Below are positions 1 to 9,038 of a stretch of 64,000 bases of DNA, piece by piece. The notes below the pieces were generated by a model, which saw only the letters and a program-made list of their open reading frames with translations, ran no database searches and had not been told where the DNA came from. Source of the DNA: Candidatus Falkowbacteria bacterium GW2011_GWF2_43_32. Lineage in GTDB: Bacteria > Patescibacteriota > Patescibacteriia > Patescibacteriales > UBA12465. Each line of letters starts with the position of its first letter. Position 1 is the stretch's first letter. The stretch is taken from contig LCGL01000001.1 in NCBI GenBank assembly GCA_000999715.1, positions 3,139-67,138 of the forward strand. The letters are read 5' to 3'. The translations under genes and the position numbers were made by a program.

Positions 1-38
1 AAATATTTTATCAAGGAAAGCTAAACGAACCGGAAATG

Positions 39-752
39 CTATTTCAACAATTCTCCGTCCTTGGCGCGACGACGATGTTTGATGGCCTGATCGGAAACGA
101 TGTGGCCGTCTTTGAGTTGAATAATGCGCTTGGCATGTTCGGCCGTATCGGTTTCATGCGTGACTAAAATAACGGTCCGGCCGTCATCGTTAAGCTGTTG
201 CAGAATTTCCATGATTTGCGTGCCGGACTTGGAATCCAAATTGCCGGTCGGCTCGTCCGCAAAAATCACCGCCGGATCGTTCACCAAGGCGCGGGCGATG
301 GCGACACGCTGTTTTTCACCGCCGGAAATTTGATTGGTATAGTAATCCAAGCGATGACCCAAACCCACGGATTCCAAAACCTTTTGGGCCCGGGCGCGGG
401 CGTTATGATGATCATGGGAATAGAACAAAGGCAATTCCACGTTTTCCAACACGGTCGTGCGCGGCAAAAGATTGAAAGCTTGAAAAACAAAACCGATTTT
501 TTTATTGCGATAGGCGGCCAGTTGATCGTCGTCCAAAGAACCGACTTCATGGCCGTTTAACTTATACGAGCCGGAACTGGGGCGCTCCAACAAACCCAAG
601 ATGTGCATTAAAGTGGACTTGCCGGAACCGGAGGGCCCCATGATGGAGACGAACTCCCCTTCCTCAATATCAAAAGACAGGTCGTGCAGAACCGGTGTGA
701 CCAGGTCGTCGGTTTGATATTCTTTAGTTAGATTTTTTAAGTGGATGAGCAT
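39..752 (-). CDS. ABC transporter ATP-binding protein, MacB/LolD (FtsE-like) type
   Basis: 237 aa; Walker [13 protein letters not shown] signature [15 protein letters not shown], Walker [14 protein letters not shown]-loop VTHE; ATG at 752. Confidence 0.9.
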   Translation of the reverse strand: MLIHLKNLTKEYQTDDLVTPVLHDLSFDIEEGEFVSIMGPSGSGKSTLMHILGLLERPSSGSYKLNGHEVGSLDDDQLAAYRNKKIGFVFQAFNLLPRTTVLENVELPLFYSHDHHNARARAQKVLESVGLGHRLDYYTNQISGGEKQRVAIARALVNDPAVIFADEPTGNLDSKSGTQIMEILQQLNDDGRTVILVTHETDTAEHAKRIIQLKDGHIVSDQAIKHRRRAKDGELLK

Positions 753-761
753 AATACTGAC

Positions 762-770
762 ATTATAGCA
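762..770 (-). promoter_or_regulatory. Extended -10 element (TGcTATAAT on minus strand) 9 nt upstream of the ABC ATPase ATG
   Basis: Plus strand reads attatagca at 762-770; reverse complement is TGCTATAAT. No SD between it and ATG 752, so the 5' UTR would be very short or absent. Confidence 0.4.
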
Positions 771-842
771 TGGAAAGAGGCGTTGGTTCTAGATACTGAT
801 AATATCGATAATTTAGTGGACTTCACGGACAACAAAAGATGA

Positions 843-871
843 TTGACATCGACTTTATTTTAATATATACT
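843..871 (+). promoter_or_regulatory. Near-consensus sigma70-type promoter TTGACA-N17-TATACT on plus strand
   Basis: TTGACA at 843-848, 17-nt spacer, TATACT at 866-871; no plus-strand ORF of 60 aa or more follows. Confidence 0.45.
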
Positions 872-877
872 ACAATC

Positions 878-938
878 ATACGGGCTTCGGCCTCCGAGAC
901 CTCACATTTTTTTAGAAAATTGTGAGGATCGTTTTTTT
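878..938 (+). ncRNA. Candidate ~60-nt small RNA (promoter + two hairpins + U-tract), convergent with the 3' end of the PemK-like gene
   Basis: GGC-UUCG-GCC hairpin at 883-892; CCTCACA/TGTGAGG stem at 900-927, then ATCG + T7 (932-938). The T-run overlaps the toxin stop codon at 937-939. Confidence 0.3.
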
Positions 939-1353
939 ATAAAAGGCTTTTTATATTTCTGATAACTTCCCGAAAGTCTTTTTTCGGCAAGGTTCTAATC
1001 TTACGTGATAATCTTTTACTACTGATAAGCCGCAGTTGTGACAAAATAATTGAATAGATACGAATTCCGTCCTGAAAATGATAATAGAACCGGTCAATCT
1101 TATTTCTACTAGTCAGTGGCAAAACCCATAAAGACCCCTCTCCAAATTTTCTTAGAATCAAAACCGGCCTTTCATATTTATCATGCTTGCCATTTTGCTC
1201 ATAGCCAATATTTACTCCTAGGCTCGCCCACCAAATTTCTCTGGTTTTAAAATATACATTGTTTCTGTTATTTAAAAAATGAATCTGAGGCTTAAGTTTT
1301 GCCCAGTTTGCAAAATCTTTCTCCTTCTGATAATCAATTAAAAAATCCTCCAT
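937..1353 (-). CDS. PemK/MazF-fold toxin-like protein (orphan, with an N-terminal extension of about 35 aa)
   Basis: 138 aa. REIWWASLGVNIGYEQNGK..ERPVLIL resembles MazF GDLIWVDFDPTKGSEQAGHRPAVVLS; the C-terminal LSQLRLISSKRLSRKIRTLPKKDFREVIRNI matches the MazF C-terminal pattern. AT-rich gene. Confidence 0.65.
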   Translation of the reverse strand: MEDFLIDYQKEKDFANWAKLKPQIHFLNNRNNVYFKTREIWWASLGVNIGYEQNGKHDKYERPVLILRKFGEGSLWVLPLTSRNKIDRFYYHFQDGIRIYSIILSQLRLISSKRLSRKIRTLPKKDFREVIRNIKSLL

Positions 1354-1462
1354 ATTTTCTCATAAGATTAATGAATAAGATAATCTTATTATAAAATATG
1401 CAGGATAAAGTTTAGTTAAAATTTTTCTAAAGAAAAAGTTTATTTTTAGAAGTCAGCAAAAA

Positions 1463-1828
1463 TCAATCCCCTTTTTTCTTGAATTTCGTCTTGGGCAATA
1501 AGCAAGCGCAGGGCTTTTTCTTGAGAATCACCCGTTGTTCGGCCAGGGTCTGCAAAAAGACGTCCTGACCGCCTTGACCGCGCGCCAGGCGTTTGTCCAG
1601 GGGAGTGCGGTGTTGATAGCCGCGGCGAACAAACTCCTTGACCAGGGCCTCGTGGCGCTCATAGAGAGCCTTGGTTTTCCCGACCCAGCGCAAAGTTTCC
1701 GGATGACGCGAATAACCGCCCCGACCGCCGTGCTTGGTCAGGATATTCCATAAACCATGCAGTTCACGGTGTTCGGCCAGCAGGTGCTGACGGCAAAGAT
1801 GTTGCGGATTAATGTCCCAGATACGCAT
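1463..1828 (-). CDS. Pyrimidine dimer DNA glycosylase / T4 endonuclease V family protein
   Basis: MRIWDINPQHLCRQHLLAEHRELHG resembles the T4 EndoV N-terminus (..DQHLMAEYRELP..). The ORF track starts at GTG 1846; ATG 1828 (MRIW) fits the family N-terminus better. GC-rich compared with its neighbours. Confidence 0.7.
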   Translation of the reverse strand: MRIWDINPQHLCRQHLLAEHRELHGLWNILTKHGGRGGYSRHPETLRWVGKTKALYERHEALVKEFVRRGYQHRTPLDKRLARGQGGQDVFLQTLAEQRVILKKKPCACLLPKTKFKKKGD

Positions 1829-1845
1829 AGCATTAGAAAAAAGCA

Positions 1846-3426
1846 CTATTTATTTTTTATCATACTCTTAAAATATTTTCGCAATTCTTGATCTACGATA
1901 AAGAGATAAGTGCCCTTCATGCCGCGCGTTAATAATGTTCTGTATATATTAATAATATATGCTTCCAACTCTTTTGGGTTATCGATTCCCTTTCTCCCAT
2001 TTACATCTTTGTAATTCTCCGGATGAATGACAAATTTTTTATTCTTCTTATCATAAGATAACTCCGGGCCAATTATTACTCCGGCATAATTAAGGTCATA
2101 ACCTTGCACCGTATGAATACAGCCAACCTCATTAATGGCATTAGCAGAATTGACCCAATTATGATTAACGCTATTCCAAAATAATTTTATTCCGTTAATC
2201 TCTATATCGTGTTTGTCGGGGTTCTTTTTCGAAACCCACGGCCAAGCGTAACCGGAAATCATCCTGCATAAACCTAATTTTCTATCCTTGCTCTTTATGT
2301 CATCGCGCATTTTCGCGATATTATCATAAATTTTGAAATCGTATTCTAAAAATTCAGACTTACCAGTGCTATTTAAATCAAATAAATTTTGTATAAAATC
2401 AATATATTTCTCACTCTCTTCGCCGACATCAATGCGTAATTGATTTTTTAATCTAAATTCCATGGCTCCTAATTCTAAGAATTTACCGCCGTTAACATCC
2501 GACGGACGAACGCTCTGACGTTCATCGTAAAAAAGTATTTGATGAGACGACGATTTAATAATCCAATCCAACTCCGTACCATTTTTCCCAAGGCCCAGCA
2601 CCTGATTATTTTTATCAAAACTGCGATAATTGGTAATATTTTTCCTTTTTCGCAATCTATGAGCTTCGTCAACCACCAATATATCATAACGACCGCCGAC
2701 CACCTCGCTCGGTCCGATGACCATGTCGGACCGCAAACCGGCAATATTTTTAAAAACTTTTTTAAGACTCCTCCGCAATGAAGTCATCGGAATCACCAAG
2801 GCGGCTTTTTTATTTTTTGTCTCTTTTAAATCACTGAACAATTTGAACAGATGCATGGCAACGATTGTTTTCCCCGTCCCCGGGCCGCCATGTACGATAA
2901 AAGTCTTAGCCAAACTATTTTTTATTTCATCAATCAACTGATTTTCAATTTTTAATTGATCTTCCGTTAACGCTTTGTAAGGCGAAAATTTAAACAAATC
3001 GCTATTCTTTATTTGCACCAAACTTTTTTCCGCCAACAACATTTTCTGCAATTCTTGCCATATAATCTCAAATTTGGCTCTGTACTTCTGCTTATCATAG
3101 TAATTATGGTCAAACAAACCATGATTACTATTTTGTATTATAAACTTACCGTCAGCCGCAAAATGTTGAATGAGCAACGACTCAATATCCAATGTCGCGG
3201 ATTTATTATATTCTTCATCAGATATAACATGTATCCTTTTTAATTTTGCTCTCTCGGGACGGTCATAATGTTGTTTACTGCGACTGTAAACATTAATCGT
3301 TTCGCCCACATAAATTTCCTGCTTGTTTTCAATAAGATAAACGACCGGCCAATTACGACCGAAAACACATGACCTAATTTGATCAAATTGATTTTTAACA
3401 AACGGAAAAGTCTGTATTTGAGACAT
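1846..3426 (-). CDS. GIY-YIG nuclease-like domain fused to a DUF2075-type (Schlafen-like) P-loop NTPase/helicase-like protein
   Basis: 526 aa. N-terminus VVYLIENKQEIYVGETINVYSRSKQH (GIY-YIG-like); Walker A GGPGTGKT; Walker B DILVVDEAHRL; C-terminal IHTVQGYDLNYAGVIIG and LTRGMKGTYLF (SF1-like motifs). Strongly AT-rich. Confidence 0.7.
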   Translation of the reverse strand: MSQIQTFPFVKNQFDQIRSCVFGRNWPVVYLIENKQEIYVGETINVYSRSKQHYDRPERAKLKRIHVISDEEYNKSATLDIESLLIQHFAADGKFIIQNSNHGLFDHNYYDKQKYRAKFEIIWQELQKMLLAEKSLVQIKNSDLFKFSPYKALTEDQLKIENQLIDEIKNSLAKTFIVHGGPGTGKTIVAMHLFKLFSDLKETKNKKAALVIPMTSLRRSLKKVFKNIAGLRSDMVIGPSEVVGGRYDILVVDEAHRLRKRKNITNYRSFDKNNQVLGLGKNGTELDWIIKSSSHQILFYDERQSVRPSDVNGGKFLELGAMEFRLKNQLRIDVGEESEKYIDFIQNLFDLNSTGKSEFLEYDFKIYDNIAKMRDDIKSKDRKLGLCRMISGYAWPWVSKKNPDKHDIEINGIKLFWNSVNHNWVNSANAINEVGCIHTVQGYDLNYAGVIIGPELSYDKKNKKFVIHPENYKDVNGRKGIDNPKELEAYIINIYRTLLTRGMKGTYLFIVDQELRKYFKSMIKNK

Positions 3427-3430
3427 GATT

Positions 3431-3778
3431 TTATAATTGATTATATTTGTAATATTTTCCCTTAGCCTTGCCGACAGGATATTTATCTGCGTTTTTTAAT
3501 ATTTTTTTCTCCAACGCATCGTAAATATCAATATCCAAATCATGAGCCATAAGTAAAACCCAACCCAAAACATCGGCTAATTCTTCCCCTATTTCGCTTC
3601 TATTATCCCTAATGTAATTTTCTAAAACAGCTCCATTTTTCCATTGGAAGTGCTCCAAAACCTCGGCCGCTTCAAGAGCTAAAGACAGGGCCATATCTTT
3701 AAGATTATGAAACTGCTCCCAATCTCTTTCATTACGGAAAGCTAACAATTTATCAGTCAAATTTTTTATTTCCGACAT
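3431..3778 (-). CDS. MazG-like nucleotide pyrophosphohydrolase (all-alpha NTP-PPase, dCTPase-like)
   Basis: LALEAAEVLEHFQW and EIGEELADVLGWVLLMAHDLDID acidic metal-binding motifs. The ORF track start at 3793 is TTG; the first ATG is at 3778. 4-nt gap to the next gene. Confidence 0.75.
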   Translation of the reverse strand: MSEIKNLTDKLLAFRNERDWEQFHNLKDMALSLALEAAEVLEHFQWKNGAVLENYIRDNRSEIGEELADVLGWVLLMAHDLDIDIYDALEKKILKNADKYPVGKAKGKYYKYNQL

Positions 3779-3871
3779 ACATTTACGAATCAAAATATTC
3801 TTAGAAACATTTTATATTTTACTTATCTTTATTTAATAATCTCATAAACTACGGCAAAAGTCAAAAATAAA

Positions 3872-3891
3872 AGCAACGGACCTCCGTTGCT
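3872..3891. terminator. Bidirectional rho-independent terminator after the adaptor gene
   Basis: AGCAACGG-ACCT-CCGTTGCT perfect 8-bp stem, with A-run on the plus side upstream and T-run downstream. Confidence 0.6.
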
Positions 3892-3925
3892 TTTTAGCTA
3901 AAATTAAATAAAAATATCTTGTCCC

Positions 3926-5821
3926 CTACTTCACAAAAGTCACCGCCAATTCTCCCGGTTGTAAGTCGCCGCTCACAATTTCCACCAAGCCTTCGTCGCC
4001 GCGCAGACCGACCGTCACCGGCACTTCCCTGACGGTCTTGCCCTCCAAGATGCGAACAAATTGTCCTTGGCCGTTCCTGTCCACAATCGCCCGTCCCGGC
4101 ACGATTAAAACATTATCGCGGCGGTCGGTGTTGATGACGATGTTGGCGGTCATCTCCGGTTTGATGAACGAAAACAAAGCGAAACTGGGATCGTCAAACG
4201 CCGGCGCACTCAAGCTCACTTTAACTTTATAATAAGGTTCCACAGAATAAACGGTACCGGTAAACTTATGGCTTTCGCCCAAGGCGTCAAAGGTAATCAC
4301 CGCTTCGTCGTTCACTTTGATTTTGGAAATGTCGGTTTCGGAAATGTCCGTCTCAATTTCAAAATTATTTTCCGTCAACAAGACAAAAACCGGTTGGGCG
4401 GCGGAAAACTGTTCGCCAACTTCATAATTCAAACCGACAATCTGACCGTCTATCGGCGCTTTCAAAATACTGTCGGCCTGCTGTTTTTTGATCAAATCCA
4501 AACTGGCCTGGGCCTGACGCACCTGCGCCTCCACCGAACTTAAATCTTCACTGCGTGCCGGCGCTTTCAGTTTCGTCAATTGCCGATCGGCCACACCCCA
4601 AGCCTCTTTGGCACTATCCATCGCCGCTTTGGCCGCGGCTATTTGCTTGTCGCCGGTCAAACGCGCCGAAGACAAAGTATTACGCGCCGTCGTCAGTCCT
4701 TCGCTGAGATTAACCTCGGCCTGCGCCAAAGCTTGCGTCAAAGAAGCGACATTGTTTCTGTAAGTCAAAAAAGCGTTATCCAAATTGTATTTGGCGGTTT
4801 GTAAAGAACTCAAACCGGTGTTGACCGCGGCAATTTGCGTATTGACGCTGGCTTTAAACGCGTCCAATTCCGTTTGCGTCATGGCCGCGGAAGAAATGGT
4901 ATATTCCAAACCGCTGTAACAACTGTTCAAAGCATTAAAAGTTTCATTAAGATAGGCGGCCACGGCGGTATTGAGAAGATTGAAATTATTTTCACTGCCC
5001 TCCAAGCGCGCCGCGCTTAAAGCGTCGTCCGCCGCGCTCTTCAAAGACTTTGCCTGATTATAATAATTTTCCGTGGCACTCTTATAGACGACATTCTTGA
5101 CGCTGAAGATGTTTTCCAAATCATCGTCTTCCAAGATGCCCCAAATTTTGTCCAAAGCGGTATTGGCGACGGAAATGTCATAACCGGCGGCGGTCAAAAA
5201 ATTGTTTTCGCCGTTATCAATGGCTTGCTGATAGCTGGTTCGGCCGTTAGCCAGATTGAGAGCGGCGATAGTCACCGCTTGTTCCAAAGCGGTCGGCGTG
5301 GCCGCGCCCGTATCTTCCAAATCGCTTAATTTCTTTTCCGCCTGACTGATCGTTTCCGCCACCGAAGCCCGAGTATTGTCATAGTCGTTGGCCGCACCTT
5401 CGTAGGCGGCCTTGGCTTGATTGGCTTGCGCCTGCAAAACCGCGATTTCCGAAGCGGTCGCTCCGCGCGTCAACTTGTCTTTATTGGCCAGCGCTAAATC
5501 AAAATTGGCTTGCGCCTCCTGTTCTTTGATCAATAATGAAGAATAGTCCAGCTCGGCCAAAATTTGATCTTTAACCACTTTATCGCCCACTCGCGCCTCT
5601 ATTTTCCCGATCTTGCCGACCTGAGGAAAATTCAATTCCAACTCCCGCAAGGGTTTCAGCGTGCCGGTTTCGGACACGGTCTGAATCAAGTCTCCTTGAA
5701 CAACGGTTGCGGTGGAATAGACCGGCTGAGGTTTTTTATTGCTCTGCCAAATAATCAAAACGACGACGACAAAAATCGCGCCGCCGATGATTAACCATCT
5801 TTTTTTATTTTTCTTGGACAT
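3926..5821 (-). CDS. HlyD/MacA-family periplasmic adaptor (membrane fusion protein) with a very long coiled-coil
   Basis: 631 aa; N-terminal TM helix, lipoyl-like GDKVVKDQILAELD, long A/Q/L-rich coiled-coil, C-terminal beta-barrel VPVTVGLRGDEGLVEIVSG. Confidence 0.8.
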   Translation of the reverse strand: MSKKNKKRWLIIGGAIFVVVVLIIWQSNKKPQPVYSTATVVQGDLIQTVSETGTLKPLRELELNFPQVGKIGKIEARVGDKVVKDQILAELDYSSLLIKEQEAQANFDLALANKDKLTRGATASEIAVLQAQANQAKAAYEGAANDYDNTRASVAETISQAEKKLSDLEDTGAATPTALEQAVTIAALNLANGRTSYQQAIDNGENNFLTAAGYDISVANTALDKIWGILEDDDLENIFSVKNVVYKSATENYYNQAKSLKSAADDALSAARLEGSENNFNLLNTAVAAYLNETFNALNSCYSGLEYTISSAAMTQTELDAFKASVNTQIAAVNTGLSSLQTAKYNLDNAFLTYRNNVASLTQALAQAEVNLSEGLTTARNTLSSARLTGDKQIAAAKAAMDSAKEAWGVADRQLTKLKAPARSEDLSSVEAQVRQAQASLDLIKKQQADSILKAPIDGQIVGLNYEVGEQFSAAQPVFVLLTENNFEIETDISETDISKIKVNDEAVITFDALGESHKFTGTVYSVEPYYKVKVSLSAPAFDDPSFALFSFIKPEMTANIVINTDRRDNVLIVPGRAIVDRNGQGQFVRILEGKTVREVPVTVGLRGDEGLVEIVSGDLQPGELAVTFVK

Positions 5822-5862
5822 AAAATATAAACTATCTCTCCGGCCGGACTCGCCGAAAACAT

Positions 5863-7152
5863 TTAATAATCCCGCAACTTTTCCAGGCCCTTGAACTTCC
5901 GAATCTTCTCCAAAGCTTTGGATTCAATCTGCCGGATGCGTTCGCGGGTCACTTCAAATTCCTGACCGACTTCCTCCAAAGTATGGGCGACGCCGTCCAC
6001 CAGCCCGAAGCGCATTTCCAAAATTTTCTGTTCGCGCGGCGATAACTGAGCGACGATATTTTTCACATAATCTTTCAGCAACTGCAAGGCGGCGGCGCGA
6101 TCCGGCGTGACGTTTTTGACGTCTTCGATAAAGTCCTCCAGAGTGGAATCTTCGTCATCGTCGCCGATGGTCGTTTCCAGCGAAATGGTATCTTGAGAAA
6201 TTTTCATGATATAGCGGACCTTGACGATGTCCTCGCCCATTTCCGAAGCGATTTCTTCGGCCAAGGGCTCGCGGCCGAGCTCCTGAATCAAATTGCGCTG
6301 AATCTGCTGAAATTTATTGATGGTTTCCACCATATGCACCGGAATGCGAATCGTGCGCGACTGATCGGCCAGGGCGCGCGTAATGGCTTGCCGAATCCAC
6401 CAAGTGGCATAGGTGGAAAATTTAAAACCTTTGCGATATTCAAATTTTTCCACGGCGCGAAACAAACCGATATTCCCTTCCTGAATCAAATCCAACAAAC
6501 TCATCCCTTTGGCGCCGGCGAATTTTTTGGCGATGGAAACCACCAGCCGCAAATTGGCTTCAATGATTCTTTTTTCCGCCTCCCGGTCGCCCTTTTCTTT
6601 ACGCTTGGCCAATTCCGTTTCTTCCTCACCGGTCAAAAGCGGCACTTTGCCGATTTCTTTCAAATACATCTGGATGGAATCGGCGCTTAATTTTGACAAA
6701 TCGATATTCAAAGCGTTCTGATGCGCCAAGGCCCGTCCGGTCAAAACCGGTTCGGCCGCTTTTTTCTCGGCCATTTCCAAAATCCGGCCGGAATCTTCCA
6801 TAATTTTTACCCCGCTTTTTTGCAAATCGCCAAGAAAAACATCGTAATCGTAAACATATTCTTCCACTTCCGGAAACAAATATAAAAGTTCGGTTTCGGT
6901 CACGAAACCGCGCAAACGCCCTTTGTCTATCAAACGAGTCAACTGTTCGGGGGTCGGCTTGATCGGCACACGCGGCTCTTTGAGACGAGTCTTCTTGGCG
7001 GACACCGGCGCTTTGATAATTTTAACGAAGCGACGGCGCGACGTCTTTTTTGCGCCCGCGGGACGCTGGTTCTTAGCCGCCGGCTTGGTTTTATTCTTGG
7101 CCTTATTGCCGGCCCGATTGTTGTTATTTTTCATTTTGGCTTTTTTAGTCAT
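5863..7152 (-). CDS. rpoD: RNA polymerase sigma factor RpoD (sigma-70)
   Basis: Regions 2-4 recognisable ([42 protein letters not shown]); unusually basic N-terminus. Confidence 0.95.
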   Translation of the reverse strand: MTKKAKMKNNNNRAGNKAKNKTKPAAKNQRPAGAKKTSRRRFVKIIKAPVSAKKTRLKEPRVPIKPTPEQLTRLIDKGRLRGFVTETELLYLFPEVEEYVYDYDVFLGDLQKSGVKIMEDSGRILEMAEKKAAEPVLTGRALAHQNALNIDLSKLSADSIQMYLKEIGKVPLLTGEEETELAKRKEKGDREAEKRIIEANLRLVVSIAKKFAGAKGMSLLDLIQEGNIGLFRAVEKFEYRKGFKFSTYATWWIRQAITRALADQSRTIRIPVHMVETINKFQQIQRNLIQELGREPLAEEIASEMGEDIVKVRYIMKISQDTISLETTIGDDDEDSTLEDFIEDVKNVTPDRAAALQLLKDYVKNIVAQLSPREQKILEMRFGLVDGVAHTLEEVGQEFEVTRERIRQIESKALEKIRKFKGLEKLRDY

Positions 7153-7174
7153 ATTAATGATATAAAAGGCAGAA

Positions 7175-9019
7175 TTATTCTTTCGTCAAAACGTTGAGCT
7201 CGTCCATTAAGGCATTCAATTCTTCCGTCCGTCCGGAGGCTTCCGCCGACTGCAATTGCTTCTGCAATTTTTTTATTTTTTTCTGTTTGCCGTATTTTTT
7301 CAATTCCGAAATGATATTGATGATTTCCGTTTTGACCTGTCCGGACTCGTAGCTATAAAAATCTTTTTCACCCAATAAAATGAGCTTATCCAATAATTTT
7401 GTGTCCTCGGCTTGGTCTGTCGCCAACGACAAACGAAAATCGGCGTAATCCAAGGAAGCAGATTTATTATAATAAATTATCAGCTGATTGTAAAACCGGA
7501 CAAAACCCGGATCGCTCAAATATTGCGGCTCCAAATTGCCGGCGCCATAGTTGATAAATTCCGGAAAGCGAATCAAAAGAGCCAATAATAATTCCGCCAA
7601 TTTTTCTTCCCGGCCGGGACGACGGACGGCGGACGGCGCGGTTTTTTCAGTTGGCGCGGCGGCGGCCGAAGCGTTGCGCGGACCTTTCTTGGCGGTCAAC
7701 AAGGCCAATTTTTCCCGCAATTCTTTCTCGTTGGTGCCGATTTCTTCATTCAATCTGGTCAGCCAATAACTGCGCTCGATGTGATTATTGACCGCCGCCA
7801 ACATCGCCAGCATTTTCTCTTCTGCCAAACGGCGATCGGCCACTTCGTCCAAATTCAAACCGGCCGTAATTTTGGTAAAATAATATTCCAACATCGGTTT
7901 GGCCTCGACGACCGCTTTTTTAAAATCCTCCGGATTGTTTTTCAAACATTCGTCCGGATCTTTGCCGACGGACAAAACGATAATTTTCAAATTGACTTCC
8001 TGCGCCAAACATTCTTTGATTCCCCGGTCGGCCGCCAGTTGTCCGGCATCGTCCATATCAAACAACAAAGCGACATTGTTGGTAAAACGTTTTAACAGCG
8101 TCACTTGTTCGACGGTCAAGGCCGTGCCGGAAGAGGCGACGGTGTTTTCAAAACCGTGTTGATGGCAGGAAATCGCGTCCATCTGCCCTTCCACCACGAT
8201 AGCCAAATCTTTTTCCCGAATGGCATTCTTGGCCTTATTCAAAGCGAACAAGGTCCGGCTTTTATCATAGACCGCGGTTTGCGGACTGTTGATGTATTTG
8301 CCCAGCTTCTCGGTCTTTTCTTTTTCCGGACTAACCCGCGCCGTAAAAGCGATCAAATTGTTGTTGACGTCGAAAATCGGAAACATAATCCGGTCGCGGA
8401 AACGATCATAATAATCGCTTCGCCCCGGAGCGGCCGTCTCGCTCGCTCGCTCTTTTTTGATAATCAAACCGGCGGAAAAAATCTCTTCATCCGTGTATTT
8501 TCGTCCGCTAAGCGGTCGCTGTTTTAAAAATTTATACAATTCGCCCCAACCGCCGGTCGGCGGACCGGGACTAACGCCCAGTTGCCAGGCGGCGATAATT
8601 TCTTCCGTCAAACCGCGTTGCAAAAGATAATTTTTGGCGTTCTGTCCGGCCGGAGTCGTCAAAATATAAGCATAATATTTTCCGGCCAATTCCAAAATGT
8701 CCAACAAACGATTGCGTTGCGAATAAGCTTCCGGATTTTCGTTTTTCAGCACCACTCCGGCCTTGGAGGCCAACAAACGCAACGCCTCCATAAATCCCAG
8801 GCCCTCTTTTTCCATGACAAAAGAAAAAACATCGCCGCCGCGCCCGCAACCGAAACAGTGCCAGATTTGTTTTTCCGGCGAAATTACGAAAGACGGTGTC
8901 TTCTCGTTATGAAAAGGACAAAGCGCCTGAAAATTAACGCCGACCGCTTTGACCGGCACGTATTCGCGGATTATTTCCACGATGTCCAACTTTGATTTTA
9001 TTTCCTCGGACTGGGACAT
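7175..9019 (-). CDS. dnaG: DNA primase DnaG
   Basis: Zinc finger [18 protein letters not shown] and TOPRIM EGQMD..DMDDAGQ. Start moved to ATG 9019 (MSQSEE) because the ORF-track extension overlaps the upstream gene. Confidence 0.9.
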   Translation of the reverse strand: MSQSEEIKSKLDIVEIIREYVPVKAVGVNFQALCPFHNEKTPSFVISPEKQIWHCFGCGRGGDVFSFVMEKEGLGFMEALRLLASKAGVVLKNENPEAYSQRNRLLDILELAGKYYAYILTTPAGQNAKNYLLQRGLTEEIIAAWQLGVSPGPPTGGWGELYKFLKQRPLSGRKYTDEEIFSAGLIIKKERASETAAPGRSDYYDRFRDRIMFPIFDVNNNLIAFTARVSPEKEKTEKLGKYINSPQTAVYDKSRTLFALNKAKNAIREKDLAIVVEGQMDAISCHQHGFENTVASSGTALTVEQVTLLKRFTNNVALLFDMDDAGQLAADRGIKECLAQEVNLKIIVLSVGKDPDECLKNNPEDFKKAVVEAKPMLEYYFTKITAGLNLDEVADRRLAEEKMLAMLAAVNNHIERSYWLTRLNEEIGTNEKELREKLALLTAKKGPRNASAAAAPTEKTAPSAVRRPGREEKLAELLLALLIRFPEFINYGAGNLEPQYLSDPGFVRFYNQLIIYYNKSASLDYADFRLSLATDQAEDTKLLDKLILLGEKDFYSYESGQVKTEIINIISELKKYGKQKKIKKLQKQLQSAEASGRTEELNALMDELNVLTKE

Positions 9020-9038
9020 AGCTTGATATCTTGACCAA

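Noticed and set aside
889-898. Possible direct repeats flanking the island (cggcctccg at 889-897 versus cggacctccg at 3877-3886)
   Set aside because: A 9-10-nt imperfect match, and the right-hand copy is part of a terminator stem. This is too short to call an att site without statistics.
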